From contig CAZEAU010000008.1 in assembly GCA_964510515.1 (NCBI GenBank), positions 5,379 through 69,378 of the forward strand: DNA of 64,000 nt. The letters run 5' to 3'. Shown here in pieces: positions 19,460 to 28,531 of this stretch. Position numbers and translations under genes: made by a program. Numbering within the stretch: the stretch's first letter is position 1; every line of letters begins with the position of its first letter. This stretch comes from an uncultured Actinomycetota bacterium. GTDB lineage: Bacteria; Actinomycetota; Geothermincolia; Geothermincolales; RBG-13-55-18. Below the pieces are notes generated by a model. That model saw only the letters and a program-made list of their open reading frames with translations, ran no database searches and was not told the DNA's origin.

Positions 19460-20326
19460 TCACCTCCGGGAGAAGGCGCGGGTGATGAATCTGTGCAGGG
19501 TCTTCCAGGTGTCCTCCTTGCGCGCCTCGCCGTCCCCGGAGAGCAGGATGGCGATGCTCTGACCCATGCCGACCATCGCATAGGATATGACCTCGAGGTC
19601 CTCGAAGGGAAACATCTGGCCCGCCTCGACCCCCTCCCGGATATCACCCTCGATGCTGCTCGCGAGCTGCCTGTAAACCTCCCGGAGTTGGTTCACGAGG
19701 CGCGGGTTTCCCACCGTCTCTCCGAGGAGCATGTAGAGGAGCTCGCTGCGCTCCAGGTAGAGCTCGAACATCTCCTGCCCCTTGACCTCGATGCGGGCGA
19801 CGAAATCCTCTCCCTCCTCCCCGTCGAGCCTGTCCGCTATGCGCGCCAGCGTGTTCTCGATAAGCCGCTTGATCACCTCGACGAGGATATCCTCCTTGCT
19901 GTCGAAGTACACGTAGAAGGTGCCCTTGGCTATCCCCGTTGCCTGCACGATCTCATCTATGGTCGTGCCGTGATAGCCCTTGGCGGCGAAGAGCTCGGTG
20001 GCGTTGTCTATGATGCGCTCCCTGCGGTCGACCGACTGCCGCTCCTCCTCCGGCTCCCCGCCGGCCTCTCCCGGCAGGGAGCTGACGATGACCCCGAAGA
20101 GCCCGGAGATGTCGCGCAGGGACATGCCGTAGCGCAAACGCAGGTGCTCTATCATGCCCAGCCTCTCCAGGTGATGCCGCGTGAACACCTCTCCCTCGAG
20201 CGGCTGAGGGAGCGCACCCTCCTTGAGGTAGCGCCCGATCTGCGTACGGTTGATACGCGAACCCGCCTCGGACTCGTAGGCCTCGATCAGCCCGCTGAGG
20301 TCCCAACCCTTTTCTTTGTCCGCCAT
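19460..20326 (-). CDS. Transcriptional regulator, TetR family with an N-terminal MerR-like extension
   Basis: Residues about 100-160 form a TetR HTH (FAAKGYHGTTIDEIVQATGIAKGTFYVYFDSKEDIL). The N-terminal about 90 aa resemble the MerR recognition/dimerisation region (RINRTQIGRYLKEGALPQP .. HHLERLGMIEHLRLRYGMSLRDI). Confidence 0.7.
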   Translation of the reverse strand: MADKEKGWDLSGLIEAYESEAGSRINRTQIGRYLKEGALPQPLEGEVFTRHHLERLGMIEHLRLRYGMSLRDISGLFGVIVSSLPGEAGGEPEEERQSVDRRERIIDNATELFAAKGYHGTTIDEIVQATGIAKGTFYVYFDSKEDILVEVIKRLIENTLARIADRLDGEEGEDFVARIEVKGQEMFELYLERSELLYMLLGETVGNPRLVNQLREVYRQLASSIEGDIREGVEAGQMFPFEDLEVISYAMVGMGQSIAILLSGDGEARKEDTWKTLHRFITRAFSRR

Positions 20327-20388
20327 CTGCGGCCGCCTTTTCCACGGTTTTCGGACAACGGGCCTTACGGCGCGAAGTATCGGAAAAC

Positions 20389-20404
20389 GACTGGCTAGTC
20401 AGTC
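20389..20404. promoter_or_regulatory. Near-perfect 16-bp palindrome, candidate TetR operator
   Basis: GACTGGCTAGTCAGTC (7 of 8 positions symmetric), 63 bp upstream of the regulator start. Confidence 0.3.
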
Positions 20405-20627
20405 ACATAATAGTACCGCGCGCTGACCCTGTCAACGCAGCGGGATGGCGGCCTGCGGCGCCCTGGAGCGCGGCGGCAGCCGATGCGCCGGCAGCGGGCT
20501 CAAGCCCCTGGAGGCCGCCTGACCCCGGCTCACCGCTCTCTCTTCGCCCATGCTTATCCCCTTGCTTCGGGCCGGGACGGTTTGAGCGGGGCCGTGGGGG
20601 GAATAAACAAGGGGGGAGGTGTTCGCC

Positions 20628-21014
20628 GTGGCCGCGACCGCACTGGTGGTGGACGACGACAGGCTCCTGCTGAGGCTGGTCGAGCTGAACCTGGGCAGGG
20701 TCGGCATCAGGGTGCTGCTTGCGGACAGCGGGAGCGAGGCCCTGCGTATAGCCCGGGAGGCGAAGCCGGACGTGATCCTGCTCGACCTGATAATGCCGGC
20801 CATGGATGGCTACGAGGTCTTGCGGCAGCTGAAGTCGGGCGAGAGCACGCGGGAGATACCGGTCGTGGTGCTCAGCGCCAAGCCCAGCCTCGACGACCGC
20901 CGCAGGTGCGAGGATATGGGGGCGGCGGGCTTCATCGGCAAACCCTTCAACCTCGCTGAACTGCGCGCGGCGGTGCGGGCTATAGTCGGCTTGGACGATC
21001 CGGGCCCGACATAG
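20628..21014 (+). CDS. Single-domain response regulator receiver
   Basis: LVVDDDRLL .. VILLDLIMPAMDGYEVL .. VVVLSAK. GTG 20628 with GGGGGAGGT RBS; the ORF track gives 20619. Confidence 0.75.
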   Translation: MAATALVVDDDRLLLRLVELNLGRVGIRVLLADSGSEALRIAREAKPDVILLDLIMPAMDGYEVLRQLKSGESTREIPVVVLSAKPSLDDRRRCEDMGAAGFIGKPFNLAELRAAVRAIVGLDDPGPT

Positions 21015-21085
21015 CCGCGGCGCTCGAGGCCGCGCTCCGCGCCCGGCGGCGGGCCACGGAGCTCCCGCGCGATTGCAGCTCGCCG

Positions 21086-21682
21086 CTAGGGAGTGAGGAA
21101 TCTCTGGAACAGCGCCAGCTGCTGCGCGTTCTTCACCGCCCCGCGCACCTTGAACCTGCCGCCGGCGACGGCCCGCAGCATCTTCTGCCCCTCCTCGCCC
21201 TGCAGCCAGGCGAGGATCTGCTTGCCCTTGCCGATGCGGGCCAGGCTGAGCAGCAGCGCGAGTTCCGTGTGCACATAGACGCCCGCTCCCTCGATTACCC
21301 CGTTGGCGACCTCGACGTCGCTCGCCCGGAAGATCATGGTAGCGGCCATCTCGGGGTGCTCGAGGTCCTGCACGGCAATGGAGACATTCATCCTGTCCGC
21401 AACCTTACGCTTGTAGGGGTCGCGGATGAACCCCTTGACCAGCTCCCCCATCATGTAGGCGAGGGGGTTCGGCTCGGCTTCCCGCATGGTGACCGTGCCT
21501 CCACCCGGGGGCAGCTGCTCCGCCTTGCCTTTCGAGGCCTGGGCGGCCGCGGCGGCCGCGCCCCCCACGAGAGCCAGGAAGAGGCACCTCCTCCTCCGCC
21601 TGCGTGCCCTCGCCCTCTTGAGTTCCCTCCTGATCAGCCGGGCCTCCTGCCCCACCGCCTTCCTTATCTCTCTTCTGCTCAC
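21086..21682 (-). CDS. SCP2 sterol-carrier-like domain protein with N-terminal Arg-rich/hydrophobic signal
   Basis: The C-terminal 110 aa fit the SCP2 fold (MMGELVKGF .. RFKVRGAVKNAQQLALFQRFL). GTG start sits after GAAGGAGG. The N-terminus RRRRRRCLFLALVGGAAAAAAQA looks like a Tat/Sec signal. Confidence 0.55.
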   Translation of the reverse strand: MSRREIRKAVGQEARLIRRELKRARARRRRRRCLFLALVGGAAAAAAQASKGKAEQLPPGGGTVTMREAEPNPLAYMMGELVKGFIRDPYKRKVADRMNVSIAVQDLEHPEMAATMIFRASDVEVANGVIEGAGVYVHTELALLLSLARIGKGKQILAWLQGEEGQKMLRAVAGGRFKVRGAVKNAQQLALFQRFLTP

Positions 21683-21914
21683 TACTTCCTCCTTCACCCT
21701 CCGGCTGGACTTGCCCCGAAGCCAACGACAGACGCCCGCTTTCCCGCCCCGATCATCCCCATATTCTACCCCATATCGGGGCATCGGATCCCGCTCAGGC
21801 CCGGCAAGGCGCAGCGGAAGGACGCGCCGCGGGGGCGCGGCGGCGGGGGGCGGTGAAGCCCCGTGGCGACCACGCATGCAAAAGCCCGGGGGGCTCATCC
21901 CCCGGGCGCGATGT

Positions 21915-22005
21915 TGGCGGAAGGGGTGGGATTTGAACCCACGGTGCGGTCTCCCGCACAATCGCTTAGCAGGCGATCACCTTAGGCCAGCTCGGTCACC
22001 CTTCC
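21915..22005 (-). tRNA. tRNA-Ser (anticodon GCT)
   Basis: Manual cloverleaf: acceptor GGAAGGG/CCCTTCC, anticodon loop CTGCTAA, long variable arm, T-loop GTTCAAATCC, 3' CCA encoded. Confidence 0.8.
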
Positions 22006-22091
22006 AGCGGTCGTTAACCGGCCTTGCCCGGCCCACACACATTATAGGATGGCGCTCTCTGCGCCCGCCAGTCAAATACCCTCGCCGAGGG

Positions 22092-22298
22092 CTATGCGCC
22101 CTCCCCGCCGGCGGCGCGGTCGCAGATGAGCTCCCCGCCGACGCACACATTCTCCGGGGAGTTCTCCTTGATGATAACCACGAATGCCTGGCGGGGAAGG
22201 CCGTAAGCCTTCTCCAGGGCATCGGTTATCTCGCTGGTCATGGCCCTCTTGGCCTCGAGATCCTTGATGGGAGGGCCGTCAACATAGACGTTCGGCAT
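22092..22298 (-). CDS. 4-oxalocrotonate tautomerase family protein
   Basis: Starts MPNVYVDG (Pro1 catalytic). About 68 aa, typical size and beta-alpha-beta pattern. Confidence 0.75.
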   Translation of the reverse strand: MPNVYVDGPPIKDLEAKRAMTSEITDALEKAYGLPRQAFVVIIKENSPENVCVGGELICDRAAGGEGA

Positions 22299-22416
22299 CT
22301 CTTTCCCCCTCTCTCCGCCGCGCGCCGTTCGCGTGCGGCTCCGCATTTGCCTCGCCTTCGCTCACACTACCATATCGCGCGCGGAGGGGGGAGCGGCCAC
22401 CCGCCGCAAGACCACG

Positions 22417-22538
22417 CCGCCGTCACAGCTGTTCGTAGAGCCAGGTGGGGAGGTAGCGCTCGCCGCTGGAGGGGACGATAACCACCACCAGCTTGCCCGC
22501 GTTTTCCTCGCGCCCGGCCACCGCCAGTGCCGCCCACA
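22417..22538. repeat. 122-bp tandem duplicate of the cysK 3' end (last 38 codons plus stop)
   Basis: 22417-22538 is identical to 22539-22660 except one base (g vs a), which gives S to P in the pseudo-copy. Track ORF 22423..22659 is this fragment. Confidence 0.85.
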
Positions 22539-22544
22539 CCGCCG

Positions 22545-23471
22545 TCACAGCTGTTCGTAGAGCCAGGTGGAGAGGTAGCGCTCGCCGCTGGAGGGGACGA
22601 TAACCACCACCAGCTTGCCCGCGTTTTCCTCGCGCCCGGCCACCGCCAGTGCCGCCCACACCGCCGCCCCCGAGGATATGCCGGCCGGGATCCCCTCTTC
22701 CCTGGCCATGCTGCGCGCCGTCTCTCCCGCGTCCTCATCGCATACGGCGATGACCTCGTCGATGAGGTCGGTCCTCAGGATGTCCGGGACGAAGCCCGCC
22801 CCGATGCCCTGTATCCCGTGCGGGCCCGGCTTGCCCCCGGAGAGGACGGGGGACTCCGCCGGCTCCACGGCCACCACCTGGAAACCCGGCTTCCTCTCCT
22901 TGATCGCCTCCGCCACGCCGCTGATGGTCCCGCCGGTGCCCACGCCCGCGACCAGGATATCGACCCTTCCTTGCGTGTCCTCCCAGATCTCCCGCGCCGT
23001 GGTCTCCCGGTGCACGGCGGTGTTGACGGGGTTCTTGAACTGCTGGGGCATGTAGCCGCGCGGCGTCCGGGCGAGGACCTCCTCGGCCCTGGCGATGGCC
23101 CCCCGCATCCCCTCCGCGCCCGGGGTGAGCAGCAGCTCGGCCCCCAGGGCGGCGAGCAGTTTCCTCCGCTCCTCGCTCATGTTGTCGGGCATGGCCAGAA
23201 TGAGGCGGTAGCCCCTGGACGCGCACACGAAGGCGAGGGCGATGCCGGTGTTCCCGCTGGTGGGCTCGATGACCACGCTCCCCTCCGCAAGCAGCCCCCT
23301 GCGCTCCGCATCCTCGATCATGCCCACGGCGATGCGGTCCTTCACGCTGCTCAGCGGGTTGAAGAACTCGAGCTTGGCGTATATCTCCGCCTTCGCCCCG
23401 CGGGAGACCCTCTTCAGCCTGACCAGGGGGGTGTTCCCCACGGTCCCGGTGATGTCCTCGTAGAGTCTCAC
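22545..23471 (-). CDS. cysK: Cysteine synthase A (O-acetylserine sulfhydrylase)
   Basis: PLP lysine block [27 protein letters not shown] and the C-terminal [15 protein letters not shown]. Confidence 0.9.
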   Translation of the reverse strand: MRLYEDITGTVGNTPLVRLKRVSRGAKAEIYAKLEFFNPLSSVKDRIAVGMIEDAERRGLLAEGSVVIEPTSGNTGIALAFVCASRGYRLILAMPDNMSEERRKLLAALGAELLLTPGAEGMRGAIARAEEVLARTPRGYMPQQFKNPVNTAVHRETTAREIWEDTQGRVDILVAGVGTGGTISGVAEAIKERKPGFQVVAVEPAESPVLSGGKPGPHGIQGIGAGFVPDILRTDLIDEVIAVCDEDAGETARSMAREEGIPAGISSGAAVWAALAVAGREENAGKLVVVIVPSSGERYLSTWLYEQL

Positions 23472-23890
23472 TTCGTGCGTCCTTCCTCTTCATCCGGCCT
23501 GCTCCGCGCCGCATACGCGCCGCGCCGCCGCTTGATTCCGGGCATCGCCCGCCCGGCTCGGGGAGGAGGCGCTCCCCCTCGGGCGAAGAGGCCTCCGCAG
23601 CGACCATAACACAGCCTTTTGACGCGCGCACATCGCGCATTGATCCGCGGCATGACCGCGGCGCAACTCCATCCTCGGAAAGACCCACCGGCGCGCCCGC
23701 GGCCCCCGCCATCCCGCCGCGGTCATCACCTGCCCCAGACCTTTCACGCGCATTCCCCACGGGAATCATTCTTTCACCGCGCGGACAGGGACAAACACGC
23801 CGACCTCATCCGCGCCGCCCGGCCTGTCACGGCGGCGGCGCGCGCAAAGTTCACGCCGAGCAGCGTTTTGCCGGGGAGCAGGCTGGCGAC

Positions 23891-24102
23891 GCCGGAGGGG
23901 GAATAGAGCTGTGGATAAGGTGCAGCGCGTGGTGGTGGGGGCCGGCGGCATACATGCCGTGGCGGACGGAGAGGCGGGGTCTTCCCTATTTGATGTGCCG
24001 GAGGGGGAATAGAGCTGTGGATAAGGTGCAGCGCGTGGTGGTGGGGGCCGGCGGCATACATGCCGTGGCGGACGGAGAGGCGGGGTCTTCCCTATTTGAT
24101 GT
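23891..24102. repeat. 106-bp tandem duplication (2 copies) spanning the stop codon and 3' flank of the TSUP gene
   Basis: 23891-23996 equals 23997-24102. Copy 2 contains the last three codons and TAG of the exporter; copy 1 repeats them downstream. Confidence 0.85.
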
Positions 24103-24868
24103 GGTTGATGACCAGGACGGCAACGCCCAATGTGACCAATACCGTGCCCGTGGCCCGGTTCAACACCTTCACCGGCGCCCGGTTGGCGTATTTTGCGGCG
24201 ACCCTCGCCCACAGCAAGGTGCTGACGATGCAGAAGGCGAGCGCCCACGCGTCCGGCATGCCGCCGATGACGAAATGGCTGATGGAACCGGTAAGGGCGG
24301 TGAAGGCCATGATGAAGACGCTGGTCCCCACCGCGGTTTTCAGCTCGTAGCCGAGGGCGGTGGTGAGGACGAAGAGCATCATCAGCCCGCCGCCGGCTCC
24401 GACGAACCCGCAGACAAAACCCACCACAACGCCGCTGAGGGCGGAGCGGACGAACATGTCTCTTGCGCGGGCATGCGTAAGCCGCGCCCTGGGGGCCATG
24501 ACCGGCTTGACGATGAACCTGATGCCGAGCAGAAGGGTCATGAAGATGGAGGACCCCCCCAGGGCGGTGCTGGGGACGAGGCTGGAAACGTAGCTTCCCA
24601 CCAGGGTGAAACACAGGACCGCGGCCATCATGACCAGGCCGTTCCGGATGTCCAGGTTCCTGTTCCTGCCGTAGGTATAGGCGGAGACGGCACTGGCCAG
24701 GACGTCGCTGGCAAGCGCTATCCCCACCGCCATATAGGGCTCCATATCGAGGAAGGCGATGAGCATGGGGCTGATGACCACGGCCGCGCTCATGCCCGCG
24801 AAACCGGTCCCGAGGCCGGCGCCGAGGCCGGCGATAAAACAGATGGCGAACTTGAACAGCATCTCCAT
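24092..24868 (-). CDS. TSUP-family (TauE/SafE) sulfite/anion exporter
   Basis: 8 predicted TM helices and a duplicated GxGxGGG motif (FIAGLGAGLGTGFAGMS / GFVGAGGGLMM), typical of the TauE/SafE 4+4 architecture. Confidence 0.8.
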   Translation of the reverse strand: MEMLFKFAICFIAGLGAGLGTGFAGMSAAVVISPMLIAFLDMEPYMAVGIALASDVLASAVSAYTYGRNRNLDIRNGLVMMAAVLCFTLVGSYVSSLVPSTALGGSSIFMTLLLGIRFIVKPVMAPRARLTHARARDMFVRSALSGVVVGFVCGFVGAGGGLMMLFVLTTALGYELKTAVGTSVFIMAFTALTGSISHFVIGGMPDAWALAFCIVSTLLWARVAAKYANRAPVKVLNRATGTVLVTLGVAVLVINHIK

Positions 24869-25143
24869 TATCTGTTTATTTCTGCGCCGGGCCGTCATCA
24901 CCTGGCATGACTTGCGCTCCGGCGGCAAGTTGGACATCTACACCCAGCGGGTGAACGCAGGCACCTCGCCCCCGGCCGCCTGGTACCTGGCCGAGTGGCA
25001 CGACTGGGGTCAACCCTCCCAAGTGCCATACGTGCGGAGCCGGGCGGGCACAGGGGGCCAATCAGCCATCGCCTCGTGCCTCAATATCAGGCCACCAATG
25101 GGAAATCAGGATATCTATTTCCCTGACCCCAGCTCAAACATAG

Positions 25144-25202
<59 letters not shown>

Positions 25203-25309
25203 TAGCCTGATGTACTCTCGAATGGCGTTATAAGCCGGCCCCATGACAGTTACTGCTGAATCCGTTGGTGATTCTTCTCAGGCGACTTCGGATCTCTTCG
25301 GTAACGAAG

Positions 25310-25546
25310 CTACCTCAGCTTCTTCAATTGTACCTTCAAGCCTTTGATGTCCTTGCCGGCAACCCTCCAAGTAAGCTTGAGATCCAGGCCAAAGTATTCG
25401 TGGACGATTATGTCCCGCATCCCTGCCATCTCTTTCCAGGGTATGTCGGGATTCAGCTCCTTGTAGTCCTGCGGGAGGTTCTTCGTGGCTTCGCCGATTA
25501 TCTCGAGCCTTCGCATAACCGCGTCCTGAAGTTGAGTTGAGGCCAT
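25310..25546 (-). CDS. hepT: HepT-family (DUF86) toxin, annotated start probably too short
   Basis: Rx4HxY motif RDIIVHEY. The conserved N-terminal helix (YLFIEHILECIELIEGYLHGKTVDDF) continues upstream of the ATG, in frame, up to a TGA. Confidence 0.7.
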   Translation of the reverse strand: MASTQLQDAVMRRLEIIGEATKNLPQDYKELNPDIPWKEMAGMRDIIVHEYFGLDLKLTWRVAGKDIKGLKVQLKKLR

Positions 25547-25639
25547 GAAATCATCAACCGTCTTGCCGTGAAGGTAACCCTCGATGAGCTCGATGCATTC
25601 CAGAATATGCTCTATGAATAAATACCTGTGGTTCCTTTT

Positions 25640-25933
25640 TCACAGAATGACCTTCTGCTCGCCCAATATCCTGTCCTTGAGAAGTGGATGCAGGGATTCA
25701 TAGGTGAGCACATCCACGCCCCTACCCAGGATCTCCTCCAGCTCTATCTTCAGACCGGCCAGATCCAGCAGGCTCTTTTCCCCGCCCAGCTCGACGAGGA
25801 TGTCCACGTCGCTCTGCTCATCGCTTTCCTCTCTCGCGATGGAGCCGAAAAGCGAAGCCTTGATAACATCATGCCTATCGAGCACGGGTAAAATCTTCGT
25901 CTTTACCTCTTCCAAGGTCATCCTTTTGCCCAT
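25640..25933 (-). CDS. mntA: MntA-type nucleotidyltransferase antitoxin
   Basis: GSIAREESDEQSDVDILV minimal NTase motif (GS..D.D). Confidence 0.8.
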   Translation of the reverse strand: MGKRMTLEEVKTKILPVLDRHDVIKASLFGSIAREESDEQSDVDILVELGGEKSLLDLAGLKIELEEILGRGVDVLTYESLHPLLKDRILGEQKVIL

Positions 25934-26122
25934 CTGTGCCTTCCCAAACGTGACTTGTGTTTTCCCTGATCATTATAACAATCAGAGGCTGCAACCAGCA
26001 TTTATTTCTGCACGGCCCATATATTTTGTCGAGTCACAAAATATGTCACAGTCCGATTTCAGCCAGTTTCTGCGGATTTCTGATGCGGGAGACGTTTATA
26101 TAAAACCCCAGCTCTAACATAG

Positions 26123-26216
<94 letters not shown>

Positions 26217-26331
26217 GCTTCCCTATTATAGCCGTGCGCCCGCCGCGGTAAAGCCGGGGCCGCCGCGAAGATGGCCGCTCCGCAATTTCATCTGCGCGGG
26301 GTTGCGGGCGCGCGGTATGGGCGGCTCCCGG

Positions 26332-26781
26332 CTATGCGTCCAGGCGGCCGCCGCCGCGCCGGGCGGCGAAGAACTCCCGCAGCACCCGGGCGCATTCCTC
26401 CTCGAGGATGCCCTCGGTCACCTCCATGCGGTGATGCGCGGCCTCGTCGCTCACCAGGTTGTAGCGGCTCCCCGCCGCCCCCAGCCTGAGGTCGCGGGCG
26501 CCGAAGACCAGCCTGCCCACGCGGGCCTGCACCATGGCCCCCGCGCACATGGGACAGGGCTCGAGGGTCACGTAGATGGTGGAACCCTCCAACCTCCAGC
26601 CTCCCAGCCGAGCCGCCCCCTCCCGCAGGGCGAGCAGCTCCGCGTGGTCCAGGGGGTTTCCCGTGGCCTCCCTGCGGTTATGGGCGCGGGCGAGGATCTC
26701 CCCCTCCTGCACCAGCACCGCGCCCACGGGCACCTCGCCCTCCGCGGCGGCGGCTCGCGCCTCCTCCAGGGCCGTGCGCAT
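26332..26781 (-). CDS. tadA: tRNA-specific adenosine deaminase
   Basis: HAELLALRE .. TLEPCPMCAGA zinc-binding CDA motifs. ATG 26781 (MRTALEEA) preferred over the longer track ORF. Confidence 0.8.
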   Translation of the reverse strand: MRTALEEARAAAAEGEVPVGAVLVQEGEILARAHNRREATGNPLDHAELLALREGAARLGGWRLEGSTIYVTLEPCPMCAGAMVQARVGRLVFGARDLRLGAAGSRYNLVSDEAAHHRMEVTEGILEEECARVLREFFAARRGGGRLDA

Positions 26782-27177
26782 GTAATCCCGGTCTCTCAAG
26801 TCCGTCCCTCCCCGCCCATGCCTCAACCGTGCTCCCTGCTCCTCTCGTTCGCGTACCATCCAGCGCAGGACGGCGTATGACGAGGCGTGGTTGCGCCCGC
26901 CGTGATGCCAGAGCGGGCGCACCATCCGGCAGGTCATGCACCCGACGCGGTTTCCCTCACCGCACATCGTCCCTTGCTCTCCCCGCGAGCTCGGCCCTGC
27001 GGGCTGTGACTACAGCATACACGGCGTCGGCTCCGCTCAGCCGTTCAGCCCCCGCTGCACGCCGTTCAACCCAATATTCCCTCGCTTGGAGAAAACCCCT
27101 CAAAGTGGAGCATCTACGTCCCGATAACATATCCGGGACGGAGAAGATATGTACAACGAGGTTAAGGGGGTAAGGTC

Positions 27178-28035
27178 TTGAAGCGCAAATCCGGCAGGGA
27201 GATGAGGGCCTTGATGCTCGCGGTATCGGCATCTGCCCTGCTGCTGCTGCTGGCCATCATCGCCTATTTCATGATGGACGTCGTCATCACCAGCAACCGC
27301 AACATCGAACGCAACAAGCAGCTGGTGATCGAGCAATCGGAGCTGACCCTGGCCAAGATCGCAGGCAACATCTCGGGCATGCGAAAGAACCCGGCTTTGC
27401 TCCACCTTTTCAACCAGGATCTTATAAAGGACATACTGGATGCGAACCTGACCGTTTTCAACGCCTTCGTGGGGGATTTCGTCATCAGCTTCTTCCCCGT
27501 CGCCTACGTGGGGGTGGTCCGGGACGGCGAGGTCGCCTACCATCGCACCGCGCCCGGGGTCGAGGTGGATGCAACCGAGATGCCCGGCATCCCCCCGGCG
27601 GACGATTACGAGACCATGGAATCGTTCGCCGGCAAGGAAGGATTATACATCTCGGCCTTTTACCACGTGGACCTGAGCAACTTGGAGTTGGGCGATTTCC
27701 ACGTCAACATGATCCTCGACCGCAGCGATGAGATGGCGGATGTGGAGAAATACTTCGAGGGGCAGAGGAACGGTCTCGTCATCAGGCTCTCTGTGGCAGC
27801 GGCGATAGCGGTCGTCCTCTCGCTGCTGCTCACCACCCTCAGCCTGCGCCATTTCACCCGCAAGTACGTGGCCCATCCCATTGAGAGGCTCAACCGCATC
27901 GCGGAGGAGATAATCGACGGCACCCATGAGGGCGAGGTGCAGGTGGACAAGGACAGTGCCTACGCCGCCCTGCAGGGCCTGCTGCGCAGCAGCCAGAAGC
28001 TGCTCGACCGCATGGAGCAGGAGATGCGGGAATGA
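27178..28035 (+). CDS. Membrane protein with extracytoplasmic sensor-like domain, no output domain
   Basis: TM1 around residues 10-32. About 170-aa hydrophilic domain. TM2 (LVIRLSVAAAIAVVLSLLLTTLSL), then a short HAMP-like amphipathic tail ending the protein. TTG start after AAGGGGGTAAGG. Confidence 0.5.
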   Translation: MKRKSGREMRALMLAVSASALLLLLAIIAYFMMDVVITSNRNIERNKQLVIEQSELTLAKIAGNISGMRKNPALLHLFNQDLIKDILDANLTVFNAFVGDFVISFFPVAYVGVVRDGEVAYHRTAPGVEVDATEMPGIPPADDYETMESFAGKEGLYISAFYHVDLSNLELGDFHVNMILDRSDEMADVEKYFEGQRNGLVIRLSVAAAIAVVLSLLLTTLSLRHFTRKYVAHPIERLNRIAEEIIDGTHEGEVQVDKDSAYAALQGLLRSSQKLLDRMEQEMRE

Positions 28036-28195
28036 GAACCGCGAGCGGTACAAGCTCCGGCATAAAGTTTCTTCTCGCCGGACACGATATAAGATTAGGA
28101 ATCGCCGTTTCCTGCTGATGGAAAACTGGGTGGGCGCACGGAACCGGAAGTCGCGGCCGCTGCCGAAACAGCGATGCGACCGGGAGGCATAGACG

Positions 28196-28429
28196 TTGGC
28201 AAACAAGCTGGCGCAGGAGATAGAGAGGGTGCTGTCGGACGCGGTCGGCGATTTCATCGCCAAGGCGACGGTGAACAGGAACTGCGAACTCATCGGCACC
28301 ACCCCGGATACGCTGAGCGCTGACCAGCTCCCCGAGCTGGCGGAAAAGATAGATAAATCGGTTTCTTTCTTCTCGGGCAAGGATATAGGCACCGCGATCG
28401 GGGATAAGATCAGGGAGATCAAGGTGTGA
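28196..28429 (+). CDS. Hypothetical small cytoplasmic protein (77 aa)
   Basis: TTG start 8 nt after GGGAGG. Acidic helical protein with no recognised domain, 160 bp downstream of the sensor-like gene. Confidence 0.4.
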   Translation: MANKLAQEIERVLSDAVGDFIAKATVNRNCELIGTTPDTLSADQLPELAEKIDKSVSFFSGKDIGTAIGDKIREIKV

Positions 28430-28531
28430 GCGCATGGCGCGGCATGTGACCGGCCGCGCCGCCGCCGGTTTTTTTTGCCCCCCACCGCTCGCGGACACGG
28501 GCGGTTGAGTATCCTGGCCCGCGCGCGGGGC

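Noticed and set aside
18140-20398. 752-aa plus-strand ORF
   Set aside because: Antisense of AOR and the TetR-like regulator. It is a GC-frame artefact.
22423-22659. 78-aa ORF ending ..[19 protein letters not shown]
   Set aside because: It is the duplicated 3' fragment of cysK fused to upstream non-coding sequence, not an independent gene.
22417-24102. Diversity-generating retroelement (TR/VR pair) as the explanation for the two 3'-end duplications
   Set aside because: No reverse transcriptase or accessory gene nearby. The copies are tandem rather than separated. The single mismatch is not adenine-specific in the non-coding copy.
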